From: Clostridium thermobutyricum | GTDB lineage: Bacteria; Bacillota; Clostridia; Ch29 | Length of the DNA: 64,000 nucleotides | Reading direction: 5' to 3' | Assembly: GCA_016842005.1 (NCBI GenBank) | Contig: JAENYD010000008.1 | Location: forward strand, 17,579 to 81,578 | Shown here: positions 1 to 10,249 of the stretch, piece by piece | Numbering within the stretch: position 1 is the stretch's first letter | How the letters are laid out: each line of letters opens with the position of its first letter | Translations under genes and position numbers: made by a program | Notes under the pieces: model-generated | Database searches by the model: none | Seen by the model: the letters and a program-made list of their open reading frames with translations, nothing else | What the model was told of the DNA's origin: nothing

Positions 1-1
1 C

Positions 2-904
2 AGCTACAGGGCCGCCGGCTGGATAAAAGAGGGTATAGAGAGGGCATTCACCCCAGAAAAGAGTGAAATAGCCAGGGGGTTGTTACTGGGAGGCAGGGAG
101 GTCAGCCCGGATACAAGAGGGAGGTTCTCCTCGGCAGGCGTATCCCATTTGCTGGCGGTGTCCGGACTGCATGTAGGCATAATAGCGGGAGTACTGGTCT
201 GGCTGACCAGAAGAGCAGGGTTCCCGCCGGGTTTGCGGTTTCTTGCGATTTGCCTGTTGCTGGTCCTGTTTTGCTTTATGGTGGGGCTTACTCCTTCTGT
301 GATAAGGGCATCTGTTATGGCTTCAATAGTGCTTCTGGGAGTATTTGTGAACAGGCAGCAGGATGCGCTTACTTCCCTCGTATTTACGGCTTTCCTGCTG
401 GTGGTCGGCCGTCCCTTTATTATCTACAGTATCTCATTTCAACTGTCTTTCCTTGCCTGTTTGGGTCTGATACTGTTCTATCCCGTATTCCGGGTATGGT
501 TTCAATTTGCCGGCAGCTATACTGCCAGGGGTTTATCCCTGACCCTCTCGTCCCAGATTTTGCTGCTGCCCCTCCTGATCAATTATTTCGGATATATCAC
601 GCCGGTATCATTGCTGACCAATCTCCTGGTAATACCCCTGGCCGCTGTTCTACTATGGTGCATTATAATATTTCTGTTTTTTTGGGCGGCGGGGATACCG
701 CTGTATATGCCGACAGCACAAATAGGTGGTATAATAATAGATATAATGAATTATATTGTACAGACAGCAGGCAGCATACCATGGGGAAACTTCCGGGCGG
801 AGGCCAAGGGGACCGTTTTTCTAATGGTGTATTACGGAACGGTATGCATCCTGCTGATAGTAGTAAACCTTAGAAATACTATAGGAAGCGAGGTAACGAA
901 ATGA
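2..904 (+). CDS. comEC: DNA internalization competence protein ComEC/Rec2, C-terminal part (5' end outside window)
   Basis: Polytopic membrane protein with the ComEC motif AVSGLHVGIIAG. The frame is open to the window start. It precedes holA as in Bacillus. Confidence 0.8.
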   Translation, partial: SYRAAGWIKEGIERAFTPEKSEIARGLLLGGREVSPDTRGRFSSAGVSHLLAVSGLHVGIIAGVLVWLTRRAGFPPGLRFLAICLLLVLFCFMVGLTPSVIRASVMASIVLLGVFVNRQQDALTSLVFTAFLLVVGRPFIIYSISFQLSFLACLGLILFYPVFRVWFQFAGSYTARGLSLTLSSQILLLPLLINYFGYITPVSLLTNLLVIPLAAVLLWCIIIFLFFWAAGIPLYMPTAQIGGIIIDIMNYIVQTAGSIPWGNFRAEAKGTVFLMVYYGTVCILLIVVNLRNTIGSEVTK

Positions 905-1119
905 AAAACATGGGTGCCGGGAGTATAATTGCCGGATTATCTGTCATATTATTGTTTGCCGTATATATAATAACAAGCATACCCAATATACCGGGGATAC
1001 TCAAAGCAGCTATGACCATGCTTTTGATAGGAGTACTGGTTCTTGTTGCAGGTATTTTGAAGGAAAAGGAAAAGGAAAAGGGAAAAGAGGAGGATGAAGG
1101 TGATATTAGTAAATACTAA
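901..1119 (+). CDS. small two-TM membrane protein with acidic KEKEKEK-rich tail, hypothetical
   Basis: 72-aa ORF with a GAGGTAA RBS and two hydrophobic helices followed by a charged C-terminus. Confidence 0.45.
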   Translation: MKNMGAGSIIAGLSVILLFAVYIITSIPNIPGILKAAMTMLLIGVLVLVAGILKEKEKEKGKEEDEGDISKY

Positions 1120-1414
1120 CGATGTGCCGCGCAAAAGGATTGTTGAAGTGTACGGACTGGTTAAAGGCAATACCATACAGGCAAAGCACCTGGGAAAGGA
1201 TATAATGGCTGGGTTAAAGACACTGGTGGGGGGCGAGATAAAGGAGTATACCGAAATGCTGCCCCAGGCGAGAAAAATAGCATTAAAGAGAATGGTGGAC
1301 GAAGCCGAAGGAATGGGGGTAAATGCCATTGTCAATGTACGGTTTGCAACTTCTTCGGTAATGCAGGGTGCCGCTGCACTGCTGGCTTATGGAACGGCGG
1401 TGAAGGTAGAATAA
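1094..1414 (+). CDS. YbjQ/UPF0145 family protein (putative heavy-metal-binding)
   Basis: 106 aa matching the YbjQ family (VNAIVNVRF...MQGAAALLAYGTAVKV). The start is ATG 1094 or GTG 1100. Confidence 0.75.
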   Translation: MKVILVNTNDVPRKRIVEVYGLVKGNTIQAKHLGKDIMAGLKTLVGGEIKEYTEMLPQARKIALKRMVDEAEGMGVNAIVNVRFATSSVMQGAAALLAYGTAVKVE

Positions 1415-1417
1415 ACA

Positions 1418-2476
1418 ATGAATTATATGGAATTGTTCAGAGACCTAAATGAGGGCATAATGCAAAAACTTTACTTTTTTTACGGTCGGGAGGAATTGCT
1501 TAAAAGGCAGGCAGTGGATAAAATCAAAGAAGTACTTGTACCCCCTTCGGTTGAAAGTCTCAATTTTACGGTACTGGAAGGCGGAAAAATCTGTGCTCAG
1601 GATGTAATCAATGCATCCGAAACCCTGCCCTTTATGAACGGTAAGAGGATGGTTCTCATTAAAGGGTTTAATGCCGGTTCTGCCGGGAGGGACAGGTTGT
1701 CCCGTGATGATGTGGACGCCCTGGAAGAGTACTTTAAGAACATACCCGAATATTCCTGTGTGGTTATTGTAACGGCAGAAAATCCCGATATGAGAACCCG
1801 GATTATGAAGACCATCAGGAACAACGGCGTTGCAGTGGAGTTCGGGAGACTGAAGCCTGAGCACCTGGTGAAGTGGATAAAAAAGCAGGTTGAGATGAGG
1901 GACAAGACAATACATACCGCACAGGTCAAAAGATTTGTCGAAATAACGGGATACCTGGACAGGGATGGATGGAAGACCCTGGATGATATGACCAATGAAA
2001 TTGACAAACTTGTTGAATACTGCAGGGTTAAAAAGGTGATAGAAGAGGAAGATATTCAGGCTATAGCTCCCAGGAACCTGAAGACAAATATTTTTAAACT
2101 GGTGGATGCGATTGGACGCAGGGATGCTGCTTTAGCCCTTTGCCTGCTGGAAGATATGAAACTGGCCAGGGAACCGGCCTTAAGGGTATTCTATATGATT
2201 ACCCGGCAGTTCAGGCTGCTGCTGAAGGTTGCTTTTCTGAAGGACGCAGGGTATTCAGCAAAGGGTATCGCATCCCGGTTGAAACTGCAACCCTTTATTG
2301 TAAGCTCCCTGCTTAAACAGAGAGAGAACTTTTCCCTGCAGGACCTCAGAAAAGCGCTGATATGCTGCAGCAGACGGGATATAAGTATTAAATCGGGAAA
2401 GATTGAACCATGGCTGTCCATGGAACTCCTTATAACAGAACTGGGCGGAGAATCCAATAAAAAAAGCGTACTATAA
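1418..2476 (+). CDS. holA: DNA polymerase III delta subunit
   Basis: 352 aa with N-terminal LYFFYGRE and delta-subunit architecture. Position between comEC and rpsT is conserved in Firmicutes. Confidence 0.85.
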   Translation: MNYMELFRDLNEGIMQKLYFFYGREELLKRQAVDKIKEVLVPPSVESLNFTVLEGGKICAQDVINASETLPFMNGKRMVLIKGFNAGSAGRDRLSRDDVDALEEYFKNIPEYSCVVIVTAENPDMRTRIMKTIRNNGVAVEFGRLKPEHLVKWIKKQVEMRDKTIHTAQVKRFVEITGYLDRDGWKTLDDMTNEIDKLVEYCRVKKVIEEEDIQAIAPRNLKTNIFKLVDAIGRRDAALALCLLEDMKLAREPALRVFYMITRQFRLLLKVAFLKDAGYSAKGIASRLKLQPFIVSSLLKQRENFSLQDLRKALICCSRRDISIKSGKIEPWLSMELLITELGGESNKKSVL

Positions 2477-2497
2477 CGGGTACGCTTATTTTTGTGG

Positions 2498-2761
2498 TTA
2501 CATCGCCTTATTGAGTATTCTGGCAAGCTTTGACTTTTGTCTTGCTGCAAAGTTCTTGTGTAATATACCTTTTGAAACCGCTTTGTCCAGCTTCTTCTCC
2601 GCATTGGCAAAAGCAATTTTTGCATTATCTATGTTACCGGCTTCCACAGCCTGTTCAAATCTCTTTATGGAAGTTTTTATGGCGGATTTGTAACTTTTGT
2701 TTCTAAGGGTTCTGACTTTTGCAATTTTTGCCCGTTTCATAGCCGATTTGATATTTGCCAC
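2498..2761 (-). CDS. rpsT: 30S ribosomal protein S20
   Basis: MANIKSAMKRAK... is the canonical S20 N-terminus. GTG start at 2761 sits behind an AAAGGGGGTGA RBS, and the longer track ORF 2498..2806 has an untranslated-looking N-extension. Confidence 0.9.
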   Translation of the reverse strand: MANIKSAMKRAKIAKVRTLRNKSYKSAIKTSIKRFEQAVEAGNIDNAKIAFANAEKKLDKAVSKGILHKNFAARQKSKLARILNKAM

Positions 2762-3084
2762 GCATTTCACCCCCTTTGCTGCGGTTAACAAGAGATATTT
2801 TACCACGGTTGTTCTAAAAAAGCAAGATTTACTGCATAAAAAGCATTTCAGCAGCTAACCCTATATTCAGTATTAATATTGGCTTAATATTTATTTTTAT
2901 CCGGTGACTGCCGCTGTCAAGTATTTCCGTAATTTTGGGCAGGAGGCAACCAGTATCGCATCTCCAGCCTCATAAATATCGCATTCCATACAAGCCTGGG
3001 TCTGCTCCGGAGTAGAACAGAAAGAACCGTGCCTTTTGTTTTCTTGTCCTGCTCCGAAGTATAAAACAATAAGGGAGGCATATT

Positions 3085-4059
3085 ATGTTCAGTAAAAAGA
3101 CGGATCTGGCTGTTGAAACAAGAGAACTTTATCAGGAACAAAAACAGCAGGAAATACCGGGAGTAAGGGTAGATGTGACGGAAGAAGGGGACATTAAGAT
3201 AACCAGGGTAGAAATATTTGAAAAAAAAGGGGCAGAGATTATGGGAAAACCTATGGGCAATTATATTACCCTGGAGGCACCCGGTATAAAAAAGAGGGAT
3301 AAGGATCTGTTTGAAAATGTCAGTCGTACCCTTGCCAGAGAACTGTCCCGGATATCCAGGACGGATACCGATAGCACCACCCTTGTGGTCGGTCTCGGGA
3401 ACTGGAATGTTACACCGGATTCACTGGGTCCCGAGGTAACCGACAGTCTGATGATAACCCGGCATGTCTTTGAATATCTGCCCGAACAGGTGGATGAAGG
3501 GGTGACTCCGGTATGTGCAATATCCCCGGGAGTACTCGGTATAACCGGTATAGAAACGGGAGAAATAATCCAGGGGGTGGTATCCAGGGTAAAACCAGAC
3601 CGGGTTGTTGCCATTGATGCCCTGGCTTCCAGAAAGATGGAAAGGGTGAGTACCACCATACAAATAGCGGATACCGGTATCAGTCCCGGTTCAGGCGTAG
3701 GTAGTGGAAGAAAGGAATTGAGCAGGGAGACCCTGGGGGTCCCGGTTATTGCCATCGGGGTACCTACGGTGGTTGATGCCGCTACCATGGCCAACGATGT
3801 TATTGACAAGATGGTTGATGCCATGATACAGCAGGCTCACAAGGGGCAGGAGTTCTTCGAAGTGCTCAGGAACATGCAGGAGGAAGAAAAATACACCCTT
3901 ATAAAGGAAGTACTGAACCCCTATGTGGGGAATCTGGTGGTTACGCCAAAAGAGATAGACCAGTTGATTAAGGACATATCCGGAATACTGGCCAACGGTC
4001 TCAACATTTTTCTCCATCCGTCTGTGGACCCGAAAGATGTTGACAGGTATATCAACTAA
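3085..4059 (+). CDS. gpr: germination protease GPR (spore endopeptidase)
   Basis: 324 aa GPR family. The rpsT-gpr-spoIIP order is as in B. subtilis. Confidence 0.85.
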   Translation: MFSKKTDLAVETRELYQEQKQQEIPGVRVDVTEEGDIKITRVEIFEKKGAEIMGKPMGNYITLEAPGIKKRDKDLFENVSRTLARELSRISRTDTDSTTLVVGLGNWNVTPDSLGPEVTDSLMITRHVFEYLPEQVDEGVTPVCAISPGVLGITGIETGEIIQGVVSRVKPDRVVAIDALASRKMERVSTTIQIADTGISPGSGVGSGRKELSRETLGVPVIAIGVPTVVDAATMANDVIDKMVDAMIQQAHKGQEFFEVLRNMQEEEKYTLIKEVLNPYVGNLVVTPKEIDQLIKDISGILANGLNIFLHPSVDPKDVDRYIN

Positions 4060-4083
4060 AAACCGCTCAGCGGTTTTTTTTGT
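4059..4083 (+). terminator. rho-independent terminator after gpr
   Basis: AAAACCGCTCAGCGGTTTTTTTT hairpin plus U-tract immediately after the stop codon. Confidence 0.8.
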
Positions 4084-4165
4084 ATTCCGACATAATGAAC
4101 ACAGCCGGAGAATATATTTGTATAGTTAAACATGAACAGCAGCGGCAAAGTGGGGGGGTACGGTA

Positions 4166-5347
4166 TTGATAAGGATTAAGGTTCTGAAATTGAAAAGATG
4201 GACATATGGGTTACTGTTTGTCATTGGTATTATACTGCTGTTGATAATGTTCAGAAGTATTGCATACAATCATTCTGCGGTTGACGTATTTTCTGCCGGG
4301 GATTCGAATAGTACAGATGATAGAGACAAGCTCTGGAATGATGTGTTCAAAAACATCCTTGAAAGAGCCATTCCGGGGATGGAGGCCAGTAGCGGTGGTG
4401 AGACCGGTGGCAGCGGGTTTTCCTTTAATATAATGGGCTTTATCACAAAACTGAACTACAGGGATCCTAAAACCTTTTTCATGGCTGAAATACCCATTAT
4501 GAACAATTATGACATTCATGCCAGCAGGGGTGACGGGGAAAGATGGGACAGGGGCGATCCCTACGACCCGGAGAATGATATTGATGAAATACTGAGACAG
4601 TATGATGTAAATAATGTCCAGATTGACAGGGGAGAATACAGTCAGACTCTGGCAGATCCAAACATCGGGGAACCGGAGAAAACCAGATTAGATATGGGAG
4701 AACCCCTAGTTCTTATTTATCATACCCATACTTCGGAAGCCTATGAGCCTTCAAAGGCCTATAACTATACTCCCACCGATGTTGACAGGACCATTGACCC
4801 GAGGTACAGTGTGGTTCGTGTGGGAAAAGAACTCAAGGATATTCTTGAAGATAGATATGATATCAAGGTTATACATAATACTACCTTTCACGACTATCCG
4901 GACTACGGTCTGTCCTATAGCAGGTCATTAAATACCGTACAGAATATCCTGGCCCGGAATCCTTCTTTGAAGATACTTATTGACATCCACCGGGATGCAT
5001 TTCCCATGAGAAACAAAAATGAAATTGACAAGGCCAGAACTGAAAGCGTTAAAGTCATCAACGGTGAAAATGTGGCAAGGATTATGATTGTGTGGGGTCC
5101 TGATGCGGAGAATAGCCGGGAAACCAGAAAATTCGCGGAGCTTCTGAAGAACAGGATCAATGGGCAGGTTTCCGGATTGTGCCGGAAAGTCCTGGAAAAA
5201 AGCAGTGGAAGGTACAACCAGCATCTGTCCGATTACTCGGCCCTTGTTGAAGTAGGGAGTAATGCCAATACCATGGAAGAGGCCCTAAGGTCGGTTCCCT
5301 ATCTTGCCAGGGCTATTTCGGAGGCTATCACAGAAATCGGAGAATAA
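4166..5347 (+). CDS. spoIIP: stage II sporulation protein P
   Basis: 393 aa with an N-terminal TM segment and a SpoIIP amidase-like core (LIYHTHTSEAY, NILARNPSLKILIDIHRD). TTG start lies behind a GGGGGGG RBS. Confidence 0.85.
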   Translation: MIRIKVLKLKRWTYGLLFVIGIILLLIMFRSIAYNHSAVDVFSAGDSNSTDDRDKLWNDVFKNILERAIPGMEASSGGETGGSGFSFNIMGFITKLNYRDPKTFFMAEIPIMNNYDIHASRGDGERWDRGDPYDPENDIDEILRQYDVNNVQIDRGEYSQTLADPNIGEPEKTRLDMGEPLVLIYHTHTSEAYEPSKAYNYTPTDVDRTIDPRYSVVRVGKELKDILEDRYDIKVIHNTTFHDYPDYGLSYSRSLNTVQNILARNPSLKILIDIHRDAFPMRNKNEIDKARTESVKVINGENVARIMIVWGPDAENSRETRKFAELLKNRINGQVSGLCRKVLEKSSGRYNQHLSDYSALVEVGSNANTMEEALRSVPYLARAISEAITEIGE

Positions 5348-5412
5348 AAAAAGGGGTTTATGTAAAAACTAACACTTTGAAGACATTGTTTTTGAGACCG
5401 GGAGGAACTGCC

Positions 5413-5715
5413 ATGAACAGGATGGAAAAACGGAGGTACAGGAAAAAAAGCAGGGGCAAGGTCTTTTTTACAGTGGTCGTCTGTACAATTATATTTTTCT
5501 GCGGACTTAAGGTGGTTGACATGGGCACCGGGGATATGGTGGGTGACAGCCGGCAAGAGGTCCTGTTTGGCTTTAGCAATGCCGGCCAGAATATACTGCA
5601 GGTAAATGTACTCGGAGAAAAAGTTTATATCAACAAGGAGAAAATCATAAACCTCATAAGGACTTTCCAGGATAAGCTGGGACAGCTTAAAATGGAGGTC
5701 ATGTCGGGCAACTGA
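5413..5715 (+). CDS. yqxA: YqxA-like small membrane protein (DUF3679)
   Basis: About 100 aa with one TM helix. It sits between spoIIP and lepA exactly where B. subtilis has yqxA. ATG 5413 follows a GGGAGGAA RBS, and the track ORF starts earlier at 5377. Confidence 0.6.
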   Translation: MNRMEKRRYRKKSRGKVFFTVVVCTIIFFCGLKVVDMGTGDMVGDSRQEVLFGFSNAGQNILQVNVLGEKVYINKEKIINLIRTFQDKLGQLKMEVMSGN

Positions 5716-5741
5716 CCCTGCAGGGATATGCAGGGTTTTTT
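5716..5741 (+). terminator. rho-independent terminator after yqxA
   Basis: CCCTGCAGGGATATGCAGGG hairpin followed by TTTTTT. Confidence 0.75.
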
Positions 5742-5823
5742 AAATTTGATTTTTTGCATATTTTTTCCCCGATATGCTATAATGTTATGATAGGTTATTG
5801 AGAAACGGAGGAAGATACAGGTC

Positions 5824-7620
5824 ATGGACAGACAGCATAGAATACGGAATTTTTGTATAATCGCCCATATAGACCACGGAAAATCCACCCTTGCCGACAG
5901 GTTGATAGAAAAGACCGGTGTCCTGACCGAAAGGGAGATGAAGGAACAGGTTCTTGACAGCATGGACCTGGAGAGGGAAAGAGGCATCACCATCAAGCTC
6001 CAGACGGTGAGACTGGTTTATAAGAACGACAGGGGTGAAGAGTATATACTCAATCTCATCGATACCCCCGGTCATGTGGATTTTACCTATGAGGTTTCGA
6101 GGAGTCTGGCTGCCTGTGAAGGGGCCCTGCTGGTGGTGGATGCATCCCAGGGGATAGAGGCCCAGACGCTGGCCAACACGTACCTGGCTCTGGAAAACAA
6201 TCTGGAAATTGTGCCTGTTATTAATAAAATCGACCTTCCCAGTGCCAATCCCGATAGGGTCAGGCAGGAAATCGAAGATGTCATAGGTCTGGATGCTTCG
6301 GATGCCCCCATGATTTCCGCAAAGGAGGGCACCAATATCACTGATGTGCTGGAGGCGGTGGTCAATAAGATCCCCCATCCCGGAGGAAACGATCAGGCTC
6401 CTTTGAAGGCTTTGATTTTTGATTCCTTTTATGACAGCTATAAGGGAGCAATCTCGTATGTAAGGGTTTTTGACGGCAGTGTAAAGGCCGGGATGAAAAT
6501 CAAGATGATGTCTACGGGGAAAAGTTTTGAAGTCAACGAGGTGGGGATATTTACCCCCGCTCCAACCCCCGTTGAAGAGTTGAAACCGGGAGATGTGGGA
6601 TACATTGCTGCCAGCATCAAGAACGTGAAGGATACCAGGGTGGGGGATACCATAACGGATAAGAATAATCCCGCCGATGCCCCTCTGCCCGGATACAAGA
6701 AAATCAACCCCATGGTTTTCTGCGGTATGTATCCTGCGGACGGTTCGGATTATGAAGCCCTGAGAGATGCCCTCGAAAAGCTGCAGTTGAATGATGCATC
6801 CCTGTTATTTGAACCGGAAACCTCTGTGGCCCTTGGTTTCGGATTCCGCTGCGGTTTTCTGGGGCTGCTGCACATGGAGGTGGTGCAGGAAAGAATAGAG
6901 CGGGAATTCGACCTGGATATAGTTACTACAGCACCCAGCGTGCAGTACAGGATCGTTAAGACGGACGGCAGCGAAATATCCATAGACAACCCCACAAATC
7001 TTCCATCACCCAACGAAATCGAGCGTATGAAAGAACCGGTGGTAGACGCCTCGGTAATAGTTCCGTCCGACTATGTAGGGTCTGTAATGGACCTGTGCCA
7101 GGAGCGAAGGGGTGTTTTCAAGGATATGCAGTACCTGGAAGAGACCAGGGTGGTACTGAGATATGAAATGCCTTTGAATGAAATAATATATGATTTCTTT
7201 GATGCCCTTAAATCCAGGACAAGGGGCTATGCCTCCTTTGACTATGAGTTCAAGGGATTTCAGGAATCCAATCTGGTAAAACTGGACATACTTATCAACG
7301 GTGAGCCGGTGGATGCCCTGAGCTTCATTGTACACAGTGACAAGGCCTATTCCAGGGGCAGGAGCATAGCCGAAAAATTGAAGGAGCTGATACCCAGACA
7401 TCTGTTTGAGGTTCCTATCCAGGCGGCCGTTGGGAATAAAATAATTGCCAGGGAAACGGTAAAAGCGATGCGTAAAGACGTGCTGGCAAAGTGCTATGGT
7501 GGAGATATCACCAGGAAAAGGAAACTTCTTGAAAAGCAGAAGGAAGGGAAAAAGAGAATGCGCCAGGTGGGCAGCGTGGAAGTCCCCCAGGAAGCCTTCA
7601 TGGCAGTTTTGAAGCTGTAA
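5824..7620 (+). CDS. lepA: elongation factor 4 (LepA)
   Basis: 598 aa with GTPase motifs ([23 protein letters not shown]) and the LepA C-terminal domain. Confidence 0.95.
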   Translation: MDRQHRIRNFCIIAHIDHGKSTLADRLIEKTGVLTEREMKEQVLDSMDLERERGITIKLQTVRLVYKNDRGEEYILNLIDTPGHVDFTYEVSRSLAACEGALLVVDASQGIEAQTLANTYLALENNLEIVPVINKIDLPSANPDRVRQEIEDVIGLDASDAPMISAKEGTNITDVLEAVVNKIPHPGGNDQAPLKALIFDSFYDSYKGAISYVRVFDGSVKAGMKIKMMSTGKSFEVNEVGIFTPAPTPVEELKPGDVGYIAASIKNVKDTRVGDTITDKNNPADAPLPGYKKINPMVFCGMYPADGSDYEALRDALEKLQLNDASLLFEPETSVALGFGFRCGFLGLLHMEVVQERIEREFDLDIVTTAPSVQYRIVKTDGSEISIDNPTNLPSPNEIERMKEPVVDASVIVPSDYVGSVMDLCQERRGVFKDMQYLEETRVVLRYEMPLNEIIYDFFDALKSRTRGYASFDYEFKGFQESNLVKLDILINGEPVDALSFIVHSDKAYSRGRSIAEKLKELIPRHLFEVPIQAAVGNKIIARETVKAMRKDVLAKCYGGDITRKRKLLEKQKEGKKRMRQVGSVEVPQEAFMAVLKL

Positions 7621-7832
7621 AGCAAAAGGGACGGTTCTTTTTGTTTTAATCCGAAACATCCCCTGTATCGGATGAAATATGTGAGGTTGGAGATGCCATA
7701 CTGGCTGGCATTGGCTGAAGACGAAGCCTTTCTTCTGCTGCCGCCTCCCGGAAAAGGCCTGGGCTATCCCGGAATTGGATTGCCACTCAACGGTAACTCA
7801 AAGGCTTTAATAATGGCAAAGGATGAAATTAT

Positions 7833-9002
7833 ATGGACATTTCCATGTATGTGCACATTCCGTTCTGTCTGAAAAAATGCTATTACTGTGATTTTGTTTC
7901 TTATCCTGCCGGCGGTTATTGTACCGAAGAATATACGGACGCCCTTGTGGAAGAGATGAAGCTTTACAGTGGCTACAGGCTCGGGACCATATATATAGGA
8001 GGCGGAACCCCCACCTGTCTTGAGGAAAAATCTCTGGAGAAAATCTTTCAGGAGATTTACAGGTATTATGATACGGGAAACTGTAGTGAGATCACCATTG
8101 AGGCCAATCCGGGAACCCTTTCCCGGGGCAAATTAACCACTCTCAGGGATATGGGGGTCAACAGACTGAGCATAGGCCTGCAGAGCTGGCATGACCACGA
8201 ATTGAGAGGGCTGGGGAGGATACACGCCAGAGAGGATTTTGTGAGGAATTATCTGGAGGCCCGGGAGGCGGGATTTGGGAATATAAACATTGACCTTATG
8301 TTTTCCATTCCCGGGCAGACGCTGGACAGCTGGATGGATACCCTGGAAGAAGTGGTATCGCTGCAGCCGGAACATATATCCTGCTATTCCCTTAAGATTG
8401 AGGAAGGTACACCGTTTCACCGTATGCTGGCTGAAGGCAGGCTGGAGGAAGTTGATCAGGATATTGACAGGGAAATGTATTGCAGGGCGGTGAAATTCCT
8501 TGAAGCAAAAGGTTACGGGAGGTATGAGATATCAAATTTTGCCCGGGAGGGCTTCCGGTGTGTCCATAACATGAATTACTGGAATAACCGTCCATATATC
8601 GGACTGGGGGTTGCAGCCCATTCTTTCCTGGATAACTGCAGGTACTGGAATGTAACCGATGTTAATGACTACTGCCTGTCCGTAAAGGAGGGCAGAAGTC
8701 CCCGGGCCGGAAAAGAGCATATAGACAGGGGAACCGAAATATTCGAGACAGTTTTCCTGAAACTTAGGACATCCGAAGGTATAGTTTTTGAAGAATTCGA
8801 GGACAGGTTTGGAGTGGATATGAGGGATTTATACCGGTACCAGCTGGAAAACCTGCAGCGCCAGGGGCTGCTGTTTATGGGGGACAGGTCGGTACGTCTT
8901 ACGCCTTACGGCATTGATGTTTCCAACAGGGTATTCCAGGAATTCATGCCCCCGGTTGAAGCGGGGGATAAAGGACGCCAGCATCCCGATTGGAAGGGCT
9001 GA
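7833..9002 (+). CDS. hemW: radical SAM heme chaperone HemW / oxygen-independent coproporphyrinogen-III oxidase-like
   Basis: CxxxCxxC radical-SAM motif (FCLKKCYYCDF) plus a HemN C-terminal domain. It follows lepA as in Bacillus. Confidence 0.85.
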   Translation: MDISMYVHIPFCLKKCYYCDFVSYPAGGYCTEEYTDALVEEMKLYSGYRLGTIYIGGGTPTCLEEKSLEKIFQEIYRYYDTGNCSEITIEANPGTLSRGKLTTLRDMGVNRLSIGLQSWHDHELRGLGRIHAREDFVRNYLEAREAGFGNINIDLMFSIPGQTLDSWMDTLEEVVSLQPEHISCYSLKIEEGTPFHRMLAEGRLEEVDQDIDREMYCRAVKFLEAKGYGRYEISNFAREGFRCVHNMNYWNNRPYIGLGVAAHSFLDNCRYWNVTDVNDYCLSVKEGRSPRAGKEHIDRGTEIFETVFLKLRTSEGIVFEEFEDRFGVDMRDLYRYQLENLQRQGLLFMGDRSVRLTPYGIDVSNRVFQEFMPPVEAGDKGRQHPDWKG

Positions 9003-9068
9003 CTATCAGCGGGATGAAGAATCCCTTAATTGATAGAAGTTTTACCTTGATAAAATGACATAAAACTG

Positions 9069-9137
9069 TTGACAAAGAATAGGGCTAATGGTATTTTAAT
9101 AACAGGACTATTAGCACTCTATACGGGAGAGTGCTAA
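9069..9137 (+). promoter_or_regulatory. sigma-A promoter plus CIRCE operator of the hrcA-grpE-dnaK-dnaJ operon
   Basis: TTGACA-17-TATTTTAAT promoter is followed by a perfect CIRCE, TTAGCACTC-N9-GAGTGCTAA, at about 9111..9137. Confidence 0.9.
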
Positions 9138-9153
9138 CAAGAGGGGTGAGGGT

Positions 9154-10188
9154 ATGAAGATTGACGACAGGAAACTCGCAATACTTCAGGCCATAATAAT
9201 GGATTATATTTCTACTGCCCAGCCTGTAGGTTCCAGGACAATATCCAAGAAGTTTGACCTGGGTATAAGCCCGGCTACCATAAGGAATGAAATGTCCGAC
9301 CTGGAAGATATGGGTTTGCTGGAACAGCCCCACACTTCAGCAGGACGTATCCCTTCGCAAAAAGGCTACAGGCTGTATGTGGACAGGATTATGAGAATAA
9401 AGGAACTGTCCCCCCTGGAGCAGGAGGCTGTAAAGAGGGAATACGCAGGCGGTATAGATGAAATCGATGACCTGATCAAAAAAACATCAAAAATAATGTC
9501 ACAGCTTACAAAGTATACTTCCCTTGTTATGAGTCCACAGATGGATAACTGCAAACTAAAACATATTCACTTTGTACCCATTGACAGCAACAATCTTGTA
9601 GCGGTTATTGTAACGGATACGGGGGTGGTGAAAAACACCACCATTAAGTCAGCGGAGAAAATTACCCCTGATTATCTTGAAAATCTTACCAGGGCAGTGA
9701 ATGAAGAATTCGGTGGTATGACCATAGAAAAACTGAATAAAAACATAACCTCGGAAGATTACAAAAGGCTGGTGTACAGGTACCAGCTTCTGGACACTCT
9801 TATGCCCATGCTCCTGGAAAGTATGGAAGAAAAATTGTGTAATACGGTTTATTCGGACGGTGTTTCCAATATTTTTAATTTCCCCGAGTATTCGGACATA
9901 ACCAAGGCCAGAAATTTCCTGGCATTTATGGAAGAGAAGGACCAGCTTGTAAAGATGATCAATATGAATATGGAAAACGGCATCCATATTTGTATCGGCA
10001 GCGAGCTGGAAAATAAGAATATTGAAGATTGCAGCCTGGTAACCGCCACTTACAAGGTAGGGGACAAGGTTATAGGTAAAATAGGCATTATCGGTCCCAC
10101 CAGGATGGAATACGGGAAAGTGGTGGGGACCCTGGAGTTTTTCAGAGATTACCTGAGCTATCTCATTGATAACTATTTGAGCAAATAG
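9154..10188 (+). CDS. hrcA: heat-inducible transcription repressor HrcA
   Basis: 344 aa HrcA family with a winged-helix N-terminus. Located immediately downstream of CIRCE. Confidence 0.9.
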   Translation: MKIDDRKLAILQAIIMDYISTAQPVGSRTISKKFDLGISPATIRNEMSDLEDMGLLEQPHTSAGRIPSQKGYRLYVDRIMRIKELSPLEQEAVKREYAGGIDEIDDLIKKTSKIMSQLTKYTSLVMSPQMDNCKLKHIHFVPIDSNNLVAVIVTDTGVVKNTTIKSAEKITPDYLENLTRAVNEEFGGMTIEKLNKNITSEDYKRLVYRYQLLDTLMPMLLESMEEKLCNTVYSDGVSNIFNFPEYSDITKARNFLAFMEEKDQLVKMINMNMENGIHICIGSELENKNIEDCSLVTATYKVGDKVIGKIGIIGPTRMEYGKVVGTLEFFRDYLSYLIDNYLSK

Positions 10189-10249
10189 CATCCGGGCTTC
10201 CCTGGATGCATAATTGACATATCATTATTATTGATAAGGGTGATATCAA

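Noticed and set aside
7672-7872. 66-aa ORF between lepA and hemW
   Set aside because: Overlaps the hemW start region, has no RBS, and the hemW N-terminus (MDISMYVHIPFC) is canonical.
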